DNA from: Camelus dromedarius
Lineage: Eukaryota
Assembly (NCBI RefSeq): GCF_036321535.1
Contig: NC_087437.1
Span: 100,318,001-100,382,000, forward strand
Length of the DNA: 64,000 nucleotides
Reading direction: 5' to 3'
Shown: in pieces, positions 37,421 to 50,344 of the stretch
Position numbering within the stretch: the first letter of the stretch is position 1
Layout: each line of letters starts with the position of its first letter
The notes under the pieces: generated by a model
Databases searched by the model: none
Told to the model about the DNA's origin: nothing
What the model saw: the letters and a program-made list of their open reading frames with translations, nothing else
Program-made: the position numbers and the translations under genes

Positions 37421-39172
37421 TTTACTTATTAATTAGTGGAGAACTATCTCTAGGGGTTCCTTTCAGAAAACACAAAGACTCCTCAGAGAACAAGACCCCA
37501 AGAAGCTAGGAATTTTTTTGTCCTTACTTTGATAACCTCATTTTAAAAGCTCTTGGTAATGCCAGGTTCAAGAAGAAAAAAATGAATAGGTAAAAAAAAA
37601 AAGTGGACCATTTGCATCAGCTTTTACACAGTGACTGTAAGAGCTATGCTTCTCTGTCATGAAATATTTTGTTAGTAAATATAATGTCAAGGAGAAATGT
37701 TTTATTTTAAAAGTACATAAAAGACACTTCAGTTTTCATGTTCTTCTATTATAATTTCACCCTAACAGTCTTTCAATATGGTGGAAACAAATACAATTTA
37801 ATTTTAAAAGAAAATCTAAAAATTAGAGGTCAATTTACTTGTAAAAAATTAGCAGTAATCAGCTAAATTGGGATTTACATTCTTGCTTTGCTAAGTAACA
37901 AATAAAATTCTGAGATAAAACTGCCACATCTGAATGAATTCCAGGCAATTTAACAACGGTAATTCGCAATATACAACATATCACACAGAGGAAAAAAATG
38001 CCCAAAATATTTATAGGAATGGTCTTATAAATGATCCCTGAATACAAATATTATGTTTACTTATCTATATAGGAAACACAAAAATAACTGGTAATGAAAA
38101 CCTCCAAGCAAGGGCACAGGACTGTGGTTGGGAGAAGGGGACTTGTCACTATTATACTCTTTTATACTGTTCCAAGTTGTTTTTTTGTAAGTAGGTACAT
38201 ATGCTATCTTATAATACACATATATATATTCCTAAGAATATGGTTATCTTCAGAACTAATCTTCCTTGTAAGCCTAGGAAGGATAATTCATAACTGAAAA
38301 ACATTTTAAGAACTCAAAAATTAAGTTATACTGAAAGGATGTTCATTTTATAAATTTTTGCTGAATTCAAAGTTTCGGTTTCTCACTCTTGATCCCAATT
38401 TCCTACTCATTAAGGTCTAAGTTCTCATTTTAGCCCAAATCAAACCCTACCATAAATCTGCTATGTTTCATTATGTCTAATTAAGGCCAAACCAATACAA
38501 ATAGGTATATTTACAAAGACTCAAAATCAAAAAAAAAGTACACGTACAGAATAATGCTCAACTCAAAAGATTTCATTTTTTGACTTTAAAATGTATTTCC
38601 TGTTGAAGAGTACTCTTGTGTTAAGAATTTTTTAAAGTATATTAAAATGTTCTTTGGTATGTGGGGTATAAATAACAAATAACTGAATGAATCTTTAAGT
38701 GCATGCATGGTAACTATATCACTTCAAATGTTAAAGCGAAGAGAGATATTTTGGTTTGAGTGAAAAGTTAACTGGAGTATAATTTAGTGAGGTTTCTCTT
38801 TAATCATAGAAAGGGAGAAAAGAACAAAGTTCAAACGTACAAACTGGAAGTGTTAAAGACTACAAATAAAATGAATGACTATTTTTGAATGCGATAAGGA
38901 TTTTTAAAAGATCAAGAATGTTTTATTGTCATGACTTTTTTCTATTCTTTTTGAAATATATTTATCCTATTTATTGAGTAGTAAAGCAGATCTTTGACAA
39001 AATGACTCAGGATGCCTATTTTCATCTTAGAGGAACTTCCCTTTGGGGCAGAAAGGCTAGAACTGTAATCCAGAATCTCCTATCAGAAACCTGGGCAACA
39101 TGAGCAGGACTACCTGGAAAGACCTGGTAAGCCCTGCTCACAACCTTCACTATGGAGCCACTTCATGGTTAC

Positions 39173-39380
39173 CTGGTACACTGGGCTGGGGGTCGCAGTC
39201 ACCGAACTGGGTTTCACTTCTGCTTCCTTACTTGTTTCTTCATCTGAAGAAGAGGATCCTGAATGGTAATCAGAGGTAACCTTATCAAGGGCCCTGGTAA
39301 CTTTCTTGGAGATCTCATCCTTGTTCTCATCCTCATTTTCAAAGCTGGCAACAATGAATGCATTGTTTTTCTCTCCATAT
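39173..39380 (-). CDS. BTG3: BTG3 exon 4, 208 bp
   Basis: Acceptor ttctTAG|A and donor CAG|GTAACC. (R)YGEKNNAFIVASFENEDENKDEISKKVTRALDKVTSDYHSGSSSSDEETSKEAEVKPSSVTATPSPVYQ. Confidence 0.97.
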
Positions 39381-42337
39381 CTAAGAATAAAAAACAAAAA
39401 CAAAACTGACAAACCTTGAAGTCACATCAACAAAGCAAGAAATGTCCATAAAAACAATTAAACAGGTCTGGACATGCCATCAGTCCTAGGCAAAGAAGGA
39501 ACCCTCCCAGAACTTGATTCTACATATAGAGTATCCTAACCCAGCTCCATGAACAGCAGGCCACAATTTTCTACTGGTCTATTAAAGTACAGATAAAAGT
39601 GGCCTCATCCTCTTCTTCAATTTTCTCTTCTATTCCTTCTAACAATAATAGTTTAAGATATCAAAGAAAAATGGATTGTTTTGATTACATTTTGTATGTA
39701 GCATTGAAACTGGCTGTACAGTAAAAATTTCTAATGTATTTTTAACTGACCCTTGTAATGTAGATGCTAGTAATTCAAGTTACAAATATAACTAGACATT
39801 TCCTATGGGATTTATTTTTACCACGATTAAATAAAAAAGGGGCCTATGTTTCCTGCATCCACATTGACAAAAATGAGAACTGAGGCAACTGCTGAGGGTA
39901 AAGAAAGGGAAAAAACCAAAAAAAAAAAAAAAAAAAAAAAAATACTGTTGAGGAAAATAAAGATTTTGCTTGAATTATACTACTCATTTCATAGAGCTTC
40001 TGGTGATAATGCTCACCTCTCATCTTAATTTTTAAAAAGTAAAAATAAGTGAGTCTTTTTACCCTTCCAATACATTTTTAAAGCCTTGATCTAAGAAAAA
40101 TAATTAGTAGAATATGTAACTTTGGCTATTGGTTACTAAAAAAAAAAAAAAAGGAAAACAAATTCTGTAATGAGGGAAAAATAAACTAGGAGTTTTCACT
40201 GACAGAACAAAGGAGAAACATACAAACCCACTCAAATAGATTGCACAACAAACACTATGAAACAATTTCTAGTAACTGTTAGGACAAAGGAAATGAATTG
40301 TTAAGCAGTGCTTACACAACATGTAAAGTTAACAAAGTGATTCTAAGTTTAAAAAAACACGAAAACAACTTCAGTAGAAAAACAGGGCTAATTGACTATG
40401 CTGTCAATTTCATTTCAAGATAACTCTTGTCTCAAATTATTTCTGAATCAGAATATCTACAATAAAGTAAAAGCCTTTGGAAGTTTAAATGGAAATCAAG
40501 TAGTCTCACAGGTGAGTTCTATTTCTTTATATAGCTGTGCTGTCTTCCATTCTCATGGGTTGGACGGAGCCATAAATGCAATCTAATCTAAATATGGTGC
40601 ATAATTCCCTTTTCTATTCTCTTTCAGTCTATCTCACAAAAGGAATTGCTACAGGATGGTAGAAAGAGCACTGGACATGTTTCTGGTTCTGGCTCCCCCA
40701 TTAACTAGCTCTGTTACCAGATGCAAGTTATTTAATGTCGCCAGGCCTTAGTTTCCTAGCTGGATAGTGGCTGGTCTTGAGCTGGTGATTCTCATTAGAA
40801 GATGCCTGAACAAGTGGGAGAGTTCTTCACAACAAAGAATTCATGTACTATAATTTCAAGATTACTTAGCATTGAGCTTTAGGCAATGGAAATTTACCTC
40901 TCAGTCCTCTCCAGGTTTAAAGACTCAACAAACTTTGATACAATCAAAAGTTAATTCACATGTTAATGCCAGCAATATTTTAGGCCTACCTTCAAGACCT
41001 TTAGGCCTTGCCCATTAATGGAGTCAAAATTTAAGAAAAACAGAAAGGCAGGAAATTTGAGAAAAATCCCTGCCTCTTTAGCAACAGAAACCTAACCAAG
41101 GGCAGACATCCAATGATCAAAGCATCAGTTTTATTAACTCAGATTTCTTCAACATGCAAGTTCAGTTAAGTTCTGCATTTTTCTCTGGTAATATTTTGGT
41201 GTATTTTGGTATAAGGTTTCTCTTCAGGGTAAGTGAAGCGTCTTACTATATAACCATAACATCAGAATTGTAGTTAATTCCTCAGAATTAGTAATGGACA
41301 ATTTTTAAACTTTCCACTTTTCAGTGACACACTACTAAAACATTATGGCCAACTGAGTTAATTTGAAGCAAATCAATAGTATCTAATGTTCTTTGTCAGG
41401 AAAAGAAAAGATTATAGAAATTACAAAAAACAAACAAACAAAAAGAGTGTAAAATAGTGAGTAGACAATAAAGTTGCCAGCTATTCAAAGGCCTTTTCCT
41501 TACAGGAAAGATCTGTTACCTATTCAGTATCTTCTCAAATATTTCACTAAGTGATAATCTCTCCAATTATATAAAACTCTTTGCACCCTTCCAATCAATA
41601 TTTTATCCTGACTGTGACTATGACGAATGTTCTGAGGACATTTCAAGTTTTTTTCATAACTTCAGTTAGTCTCTAGTATACCAATGAGATTATTTTTAAT
41701 GACTTAGATATTTATTCAATTATATAAATGCTAGATCAGCTTTGTTTTAATTTTCAGAATATTTCCAGTTGTGGTTCGAAAGTACTAATAAATATCTCAG
41801 TCTCCTCTACTATTTTATAGCAATCATCTCTACCCAGTCACTAACACATCTTTCTTTCTGGGTTTCTATCATCATTGGATGAGCACCATATTCTGAAGGT
41901 AATTTCTACTAGCTGTGGAAAAAAATCACACCATAGCCAATTTTTGACAAAATTTGGATCATATATAAAATTACTAGAAGGCTATTGAGTGCAAACATTT
42001 TCTTACATTAACAAGATGAAACAGTAGTTTTTCATTACTTGGCATCATCAAGTAATAAAGTATTCACTTCAGTAAAATGTCCACCTAATTAAAGTTCTTA
42101 TCTTCAGGTACCAAGACTTAGTTTAACCATTTCAAATAAATATGTCCAAATGTTTATATAATTACCTGACTTCTTAAACATCCTTGGATACAGAAACTTT
42201 TCCCTAGTGATTTAAGATCGTTGATATTAAATATTCATTATTTGATGGTGTGATAATACATTTCAGTCAACTCTAGCTTTTTTGTTCCTGTCTCAATGTC
42301 GGACTGTGTCATTTTTTTTTTTGTAGCTTTATCACTA

Positions 42338-42672
42338 CAGTAACCTGGGGGAACTGGTTCCAGGACCAGCATCCCCATACCAAAATCTGTGCATGCTTAA
42401 GTACCTTAAATAAAATGGCATGGTATTTGCATACACCCTAAGCACCATACATTTTAAATCACCCCTAGATTACTTATAACATCTAATACAATGTAAGTAC
42501 TTATTATGTAAATTCTTGTAAATATAATGTAAATTATATGTAAACAGTTGTAAAACAAGGCAAACTTAAGTTTTGCTTTTTGGAATTTTCTTGAATTTTT
42601 CCCCCAAGTACTTCTGAACTAAAGTTGGCTGAATGCGTGGATGTTGAACCCTTGGATATGGAAGGCCAACTG
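42338..42672 (-). mobile_element. MER2/MER2B-like element
   Basis: Reverse complement of the 345 and 43721 copies. CAG...CTG termini flanked by TA on both sides. Confidence 0.8.
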
Positions 42673-42761
42673 TACTATCCCCTTTCAGACACTGCTTAAT
42701 TTTTCTGGCCTGAAATACTACACAACTAACTTAAAGAACTGTGAGTTAAATAAGACTCAAT

Positions 42762-43086
42762 AAGAAGACAAATGAACTTATTTATAAAACAGAAACAGAC
42801 TCAACAGACATAGAAAACAAACTTATGGTTACCAGGGGGGAAGAGGAAGGGAAGGGATAAACTGGGAGTTCAAGTTTTGCAGATACTAACTGGTATATAT
42901 AAAATAGATAAACAAGTTTATCCTGTATAGCACAGGGAAATATATTCGATATCTTATAGTAGCTTAGGTGAAAAAGAATATGAAAACAAATATATGTATA
43001 TTCATGTATGACTGAAGCATTGTGCTGTACACCAGAAATTGACACATTGTAAACTGACTATACATCAATAAAAAAAAGTTAAAAAA
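42762..43086 (+). mobile_element. Lineage-specific L1 3'-end with poly(A) and TSD
   Basis: AAACAGAAACAGACTCAACAGACATAGAAAACAAACTTATGGTTACC... then poly(A). AAGACTCAAT TSD at 42752-42761 and 43087-43096. Confidence 0.85.
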
Positions 43087-43720
43087 AAGACTCAATCAGG
43101 ATCATAGCGTGAGCCTCATAAAAAAGTAAGCAATTCAATACAGTAATTTTGTTACCGCTATTTCTTGTATACTGAGGTCTTCTGCTGGGGTTCAGTGGAC
43201 GAAGTCTACAAAATCTGACCCTGGCGTTAAGGTAAATCTTTAATTAGTTCCAGGATCTAAAAATGTTTGCCCTCCTTAGACCAAACTTGAAATAACTCAC
43301 TCTTCCTTTTCCTGAGAAAGAAGTGCTGGAGAATCTACTACCTGTAACCATTTTCCCAAAGCAATAAGCTTATATAAGCCACCAGCTTATATCAAGCAGC
43401 TCCAGGGTGGTCCAGAAAATTGCTGCAGCATAACCATGTATTTTTGCAACATGTCTTTGCCTCCAATTTCATTGTTTGAGATTAGGTCAAAGGCTATGAT
43501 AACCTTTGGAACATATTAGGGTTCCTACAGTTAATGGGTAAATTGTGCCTCTAACAAAAGAGAAAGACCCTAAAGGAACAGCTATAAAAATCACTCACAG
43601 AGGAGTTTCATGTATCTCCTCATGCTGTTCCTCCTGACTGGAAATGTCCTTCCTAACTTATCATCTAGTCTACTGCAATTCACCCTTTCCCACTCAGTTC
43701 AAGTTATCATCTACTCAATT

Positions 43721-44098
43721 CAGTCAGCCTTCCGTATTTATGGGTTCTACATCTGTGCAGTCAACTAACCACAGATCAAAAATATTTGGGGAAAAAAATC
43801 CAGAAAGTTCCTAAAGGCAAAATTTGAATTTTCTCAATTCAAGGCAACTATTTATGTAGCATTTACACTGGTTTTACAACTATTTACATATCATTACATT
43901 ACATTAGGTATTATAAGTAATCTAAAGATGGTTTAAAGTACATGAGAGGACATGCGTAGGTTATATGCAAATACTACACCATTTTGTAAGGGACTTGAGC
44001 ATCCAAGGATTTTGGTTCCGGATATGTGGGGGCGCGGTGGCAGGGGGGGAGGGGGGTTGTCCTGGAACCAATCAGTCACTGATACCAAGGGCTGACTG
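43721..44098 (+). mobile_element. MER2/MER2B-like element
   Basis: CAGTCAGCCTTCCGTATT...GATACCAAGGGCTGACTG terminal inverted repeats and MER2 internal blocks. Confidence 0.85.
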
Positions 44099-44850
44099 TA
44101 GTCTTTTCTGACTTCCAGTAGAGGGAGTAACTCTCTTTTCCACCACCAACCACTGCATTTTTGTACATATTTCTATTATAGCACAAATCACACTCTGTTG
44201 TAATCTGCTTATTTTTTCTTCTCCCTTATTACACTTCGAGCTACCTGAAAGTAGAAGTGTCATTTTCATTTTTAAAAAACCCCACAACTAAGAAAGCCTG
44301 GTCCACAATAAGTGTTTTTAGAATGAACAAAGTTCAGTCAGATTTCATTCCTAACACTTACTTTTACAATTCTGCTCATGAGAAGTAATTTCCATTATGA
44401 AAATAACACCATGAAAATATCACTCAGTCACTTAAAAACCAAAAAGGGAGAAGGAAGCAAGAGAAGCAAACAGAAAAAGAGATCAACCAAAAGTTATCCA
44501 GTATTACTTGGGATTAGCTTCTTTCCTAATTTGAAGAGGGCAAAGAGAAAGGCACCACCAATGAAAGAAGACAATTGACCTACAGGGACTACAGGTGTCT
44601 AAATCCTACAATAAACTTCTTGGTAAAGCTCTTAAAAAACGCTGCTCTATCAGTTTTTGAGTTTCTGTAGCTGTAAAACAGGAATGCAACCAGTTTTTCA
44701 CTATCAGAATACTTGACGAAATTCACATCTGGGAAAGCCAAACAACAAGCTCCTGGCCATAAAGATACACATACAGGTAGCACCTGAGAGAATTTCATAA
44801 GATCAGTTCCAATAAGGTTATCTGTTCAGCTGCCAAACGCAAGAACTCAC

Positions 44851-44988
44851 CGACAGCACACCTCACATGGGTCCACCCACAGAGTGAGCTCCTTTGGCAA
44901 GCCCAGATCGCTGTACAAGATGCAGCTGTTCTCACAGGCTTTCAGGACATCGGGATCAACTCTTTGAAACTTATTGACACGAATGCAT
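44851..44988 (-). CDS. BTG3: BTG3 exon 3 (BTG/Tob box B region), 138 bp
   Basis: Acceptor ttgttgCAG|A and donor TCG|GTGAGT. (R)CIRVNKFQRVDPDVLKACENSCILYSDLGLPKELTLWVDPCEVCC(R) contains the BTG signature LPxELTLWVDPxEV. Too short for the ORF track. Confidence 0.97.
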
Positions 44989-46180
44989 CTGCAACAAAGT
45001 GGAGTAATGTTAACAGCTTTAAATAAATTTTAATCAGAAAATATGTTGTATTTATTAGCATCTGCCAGCATTAATTAAAAAATAAAATAAAATAAACCAT
45101 GGCAAAGAATCCAGGAGTATCAATAAATGTGAACTAAAGGCAAAGAGGGAGCAGCAACATCAAGACTACCTAACCTGGTGGGAAGAGGACATCTTTGTGA
45201 GCACAGGGAAATCACTAGAACTGGCTCTACCTCATTTCACATAAAAACTACTCAACTTCACATGTATATTAAATGAGCAAGGAGTATGAAAGTTGCAGGA
45301 AATTACTTAGAGCTTTAAAGGTGAAAGTTTTAATAGGCTAAATTACTATATAACAAAATCTCCAACTAACCAGACTTCAACCAACATTTCAAATTATATT
45401 TGGAAATTCTTGTGACAAGTTTTGATCTGTCATTACCTTGCTTACATATCCAAAATAATGAAATAAGCATTAAGTGTATCCTTTGCCTTAACTATGATTG
45501 TTCTCTAAGTATAGAATTAGTCAAGGACACAAAGCCATTCTTATCACATACTTAAGATTAAAATATAATCCAAAAGTCTTACTGGCTTATTTCATTTAAC
45601 TTGTTACACAAGAGTTTTCCTTTTTTTTTAAGTTGTCAAAATATTTGAAAAAAATTTCTAAACTAATAGACTGCTCCATTTTTTTAATCTAAGAAACAGG
45701 TTACGTAATGGAATACTCAGAGATGGCTCTCCATATGAATGCAAAAATACCTGTTAAAATAAGCATTCTGCTTACATAGAGAAATGTTAGCTACAATGAA
45801 TGTACTTACTGCTTTACACCTAAGAAATTAATCAAGAGAAGCCAGGTTTTATAGTACTAGTCCTGAGTACTAGTACTATTAGGTGCATTTAGATTAAGTC
45901 ATTTTAATTCTTTAGACTCAAAGCTCTAAAATAAGGAAAATGTAAGTTAATTGATAAATATCAATTATACTACTAAATATAATAACATCAACAGATCAAT
46001 GTATTATTTAAATTTTTCAAGTTTAATTATTTTACTGGTTGGTTTCAATTTTCATTTAAAATAGTGAAAAAGGTCTCCTTAGGTAACAGCTAATACATAT
46101 TTCTAAATAATAATAATAACAACAACAACTCTTTTTGAGGTTAGTATGCAACAGAGAGTTTCCTACATGGTCTGCATGTA

Positions 46181-46760
46181 CAGGCATACCAGAAATTGCA
46201 GGTTTGGTTCCAAACTATAGCAATAAAGCAAGTATCACAATAAAGCTAGTCACAAATTTTTTGGTTTCTCAGTGTATATAAACGTTATGTTTACACTACA
46301 CTGTAGTCTATTAAGTGTGCAATAGCATTATGTCTAAAAACCAAAGTACACACCTTAATTAAAACTACTTTATTTTTTATTTACTTTTTTAGTTGGGGGA
46401 AGTAATTAGGTTTACTTATTTATTTATTCTTAGAGGATACACTGGGGATCGAACCAGGACCTCATGCATGCTAAGCATGCACTCTACCACTTGAGCTATA
46501 CCTTCCCCCCATAAAAAATACTTTATTGCTACAAAACGCTAACCTTCATCTGAGCCTTCAGTGAGTCTTTGTGATAATAACATCAAAGATCACTGATCAC
46601 AGATCCCTGTAACAAATGTAATGATGAAAAAGTTTGAAATATTGTTAAGAATTGCCAAAATGTGACCCAGAGACACAAAGTAAGCAAAGTGCTGATAGGC
46701 CTGTTCAATATAGGGTTGTACAAACTTTCAATTGTAAAAAATGCACTGTCTGCGATGAGC
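46181..46760 (-). mobile_element. Tigger1-derived element interrupted by a SINE
   Basis: TA|CAGGCATACC...GCAATAAAGC...CTGTAGTCTATTAAGTGTGCAATAGCATTATGTCTAAAAA. Resumes after the SINE with TACTTTATTGCT...CATCTGAGCCTTCAG. Confidence 0.8.
46373..46510 (-). mobile_element. tRNA-derived SINE (Vic-1-like)
   Basis: Minus strand GGGGAAGGTATAGCTCAAGTGGTAGAGTGCATGCTTAGCATGCATGAGGTCCTGGTTCGATCCCCAG + AAACCTAATTAC. Imperfect AAAA(C/A)TACTTTA TSD. Confidence 0.85.
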
Positions 46761-48495
46761 TTTTTAACTTTTTAAATTTTCACAATCATCTGTGTTAGGT
46801 ACTGTTTTCCCTATTGTAAGAAAAAAGGAGGCAGGGAGAGTCTGAATAACTTGCCCAACATTACACAGCTTGAAAGTAGTGAATCCAGGTTTCAGAACCA
46901 GACCACCAGACTCCAAAGCTCATCTTATTAAACAACATCCTTTTATACCTGTGTTTATCTTAGTATCACCATTAACAATTTAGCAAATTCAGAGTAAAAA
47001 AATTATTTAAAATCATGTAAGATACTCTTTGTTCCCCTCTATAAGATGGTCCTATGTTAATACATTCTAATGCTGTATAGGTTGATTCAAAAGTCTTATG
47101 TGTCCCAGGATCAAAAGCAGTTAAAGGTAAGGAGACAGATCCTAGGTATATGTGTTTTTGTTAACTACAATGAAGGAGATGTAGGCTCTAAGCTTAAAAA
47201 AAAATATGTAAATACAGATGCTTAAATAGAAACTCTACTTCAACAAAATTTACATACCTTACATATTTTTATGATGTTTTTTCACTCTAGATACCGTGAC
47301 TACTTACCCATTAACCACTCTTCAAAAAAAGATTTTGGAAGTTGCATAAAAATAGTCTGTCATTTACTTAATGTTGACAGTGTAGTTCTTTCCAATTTTT
47401 TGCAATTATAAAGTGTTAAGAAACATCCATATTCATACATATTTGTCTGCATTTTTTTGATTATGCTTCTAGAATAGATTTTAGGAGACTTACTTTTCGA
47501 AGACTATGAATATTTTTACAGATCTTGATAATAATGCCAAATTCCCCTTATTTGTATATATTGCAGAGAAACATACAAATTTACAAACACTTAGAAGAAA
47601 AAGAACACTTTCAAGCTACTCTCCATGGACTGAAGAGTCTACTAACTCTGGTTGATCCTACAGTTCATTCATTATTATAAAAGAAACAACCCACCCTACC
47701 TCTAATAGTTTTCTACTTCAAAGATGGCTTCAAAATGACTCTGATGATACTTCTGATCACATGCCAATTTAACCCTGTTTGGGTAACTTTTTTTCCTCAA
47801 GTTTTTACAATTAATGGAAATGAAACTGTACACTGTCTGACCTTTAAGCGTTTACCTGACAGTGTCTCCTTTTTCAGTAATAGTACAGTGGCTTGGCACT
47901 TCCAAAAGCCTTTGTCCAATGTCAATTACATCAGTGTACAAAGCCTCAACAGCTCTAATTCACAAAAGCTGTTCACTCTATCAGAAATGAAGATGAGCAG
48001 ATAAAAATTAAGAGAATAAACTAAGAGGATAAAAAGTAATTAACTCGAGTCTGTTTTATATAAAACATCCACATTGTACTTTCACTCATCACATTTTCCA
48101 ATATATACTAGGAAAACTCTTTGGATAAAAATGAAGAGGAAAATACATCAATTACTTTGATTCTTTTCTTTTCAACAGATCATATGCTCACCTGGCTTTT
48201 AGCAAATGAGAACTAAACAAGTCATATTTTACCTCCCTTATACACTTCTTGAATAGTCTCACACTTGTAAGAGCTCAGTGACTGAAAGGAAGTTCTTTTT
48301 ACTGTGAAGTGCTAATTTGTGGAATCTCTGGAGGCAACAATATGCATAAATACAAGAATTTCTGTATTCATAATAATGATAACTGTTCTACTTATTTTTT
48401 TGGTCACATCCACAAATGGGGCATAGTTTGACATCTGAGTTTAGCAGAACATTCTCAACTCAGGTTCCCAAGTAGTCACATAAATACTAAGCAGT

Positions 48496-48515
48496 GAGCA
48501 TGCCAGGACATGTTT
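48496..48515. promoter_or_regulatory. p53 response element in BTG3 intron 2
   Basis: GAGCATGCCA GGACATGTTT: two RRRCWWGYYY half-sites, zero spacer, both CATG cores, one mismatch. BTG3 is an established p53 target. Confidence 0.8.
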
Positions 48516-49157
48516 TGCAGGAGTCCGCTCTTCTTAAAGCTGTAAATGTAACTTATAAACCAGAGTACAAAAGATAGCTGAGAGTGAGAACTGCTTTCAT
48601 TCTCATAGACAAGGCAGTGTTTGGACTGTGGAATACAGAAAGCTTGTGAGAATTTAGACCTGAGTTCAAATCTCAAAGCTAGTATTTATCAATTGTGAAA
48701 CATAGGTAGGTTACCTTCACCTATAAAATAGTATGTATAGTACAAATCAAGTTATTCCTGCGTCAAGAATATATTAGGTGTCTAATAATCTTAGTTCTCA
48801 TTTACCAAAAAACTTTTTTTTCCAAAAACATGTAACATGTAATTAGTCCTCTAGAATTGTGAATACATACTCGTGATACATAAAGAAACATACTTAGAAG
48901 CCACACTATGACCACAAGACTAATTCCCATAAGCCTACATTACTGGCCTCCCAAGTCCAGGCAGTGGGACTCCAACAACAAATATTTGTATTGTAAAGTG
49001 AACAGGGGAAAAATAGAGACACCCCAGAGATTGGTATTTTGCAGTTAAACTGAAAGGCATGGACTGAATACCCTTAGTCCTCTGGTCTGGCACTCATTTC
49101 AGAAGCCGATTAACCTCTTCACTTAGTCCAATACAACTGTCCAAGCTAATCCTTTAC

Positions 49158-49330
49158 CTGTAGGCTTGTCCTTTTGATGGTTTTTCTGGATACCAGTGAT
49201 TTTTATATTTTTCTTGAAGTATTACAGTCAATTTCTCAGCAAACCTCTCGACTGCTTCTTTTTTCAACTTATCATGTTTTCGAACTAGCCTTGTGAAAAA
49301 GAAGACTACGGCAGCAATTTCGTTCTTCAT
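49158..49330 (-). CDS. BTG3: BTG3 exon 2 coding part (start codon, BTG/Tob box A); exon begins at 49336
   Basis: Acceptor tctttgCAG|GGAAAG ATG and donor [66 protein letters not shown](R). The four exons sum to 759 nt = 252 aa + stop. Confidence 0.98.
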
Positions 49331-49745
49331 CTTTCCCTGCAAAGATAGAATAGTTTTTCTCAAAAAAACAAAATATCAAAACTGGAAGATAAAGCTCTCC
49401 TAAATATCTCTCCTTTATAGCCTCCCTCCCTCCTTCCAATTTTATCTTGTGTTTCATTGGCTCATATCTGGAGTAGGGAACAGTCACTTATTTATGCCAT
49501 AAAGACCTTATTATAAAATACTGTTTAAGAATCTTATCACTTAATTTTGTAAAGTTCAATAAAGAGAGCACACCAAATTGCTCCTGTTAGCTAAAATAAA
49601 ATCAGACATATCATTCAAAGAGAAGCACAACGATACCACTATATAGTTTTTACTAAATGTGTCAATATTTAGCTACAATAATTCAAGTTTAAAATTCTAT
49701 GAAAATAAATTGTACTTTAAAACATAAAAAAGTCCACTTTAAAAT

Positions 49746-50344
49746 CCAGTATTGTAGAGCCATTATAGAAAATAGTTTGGCAGTTCTTAAAAAGCCACCA
49801 TATGACCCAGCAATTCTGTTCCTAGCACTATACCCAAGAGAAATGAACCCATAAGTTCACACAAAAACTTGTACACAAATATCCATAGCAGCATTATTCA
49901 TAATAACCAAAAAGGAGAAACAAACTAAAAGTTGACCAGCTTATATATGGACAAATAAAGTGTGATACATTATTCAGCAACAAGAAGAAATGATCTGACA
50001 GGTGCTACAACATAGATGAAACTTCAATACGTTATGCTAAGGGAAAGAAGCCAAAAGACCAAATATTCCATGATTCCATTATATGAAATGTTCAGAATAT
50101 GCATATCTATGTATACAGAAAGCAGATTAGTGGCTTAGGGGGTAGGAGGATGGAGGCGAAGGAGGAGTGATGTTAGTGAGTATAAGATTTTCTTTTGGGG
50201 TGATGAAAATATCCTAAAATTGTGGTGATGGTTGTATAACTCTGTAACTATACTAAAACCTATGAACTGTGCATTTTAAATGTGCGAATTATACAGTATG
50301 TGAATTATATTTCAATAAAGCTGTTATACACAAAGAAAAAAAAA
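49746..50344 (+). mobile_element. L1M 3'UTR fragment (BTG3 intron 1)
   Basis: CCATATGACCCAGCAATTC...GCAGCATTATTCATAATAACCAAAA...TGTGAATTATATTTCAATAAAGCTG + A-tail. Confidence 0.85.

Noticed and set aside
39114..39172. Possible downstream donor CCAG|GTAGTC extending BTG3 exon 4
   Set aside because: A 59-nt extension would shift the frame, and the canonical donor gives the expected 252-aa protein.
39460..39479. Second p53-like site AAACAGGTCT GGACATGCCA in BTG3 intron 3
   Set aside because: The first half-site has a non-CWWG core and there is a further mismatch; too weak without data.
39381..44850. Extra in-frame BTG3 exon as in the longer human isoform
   Set aside because: As I recall that insert is Alu-derived. 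No Alu or matching exon was seen in this intron.
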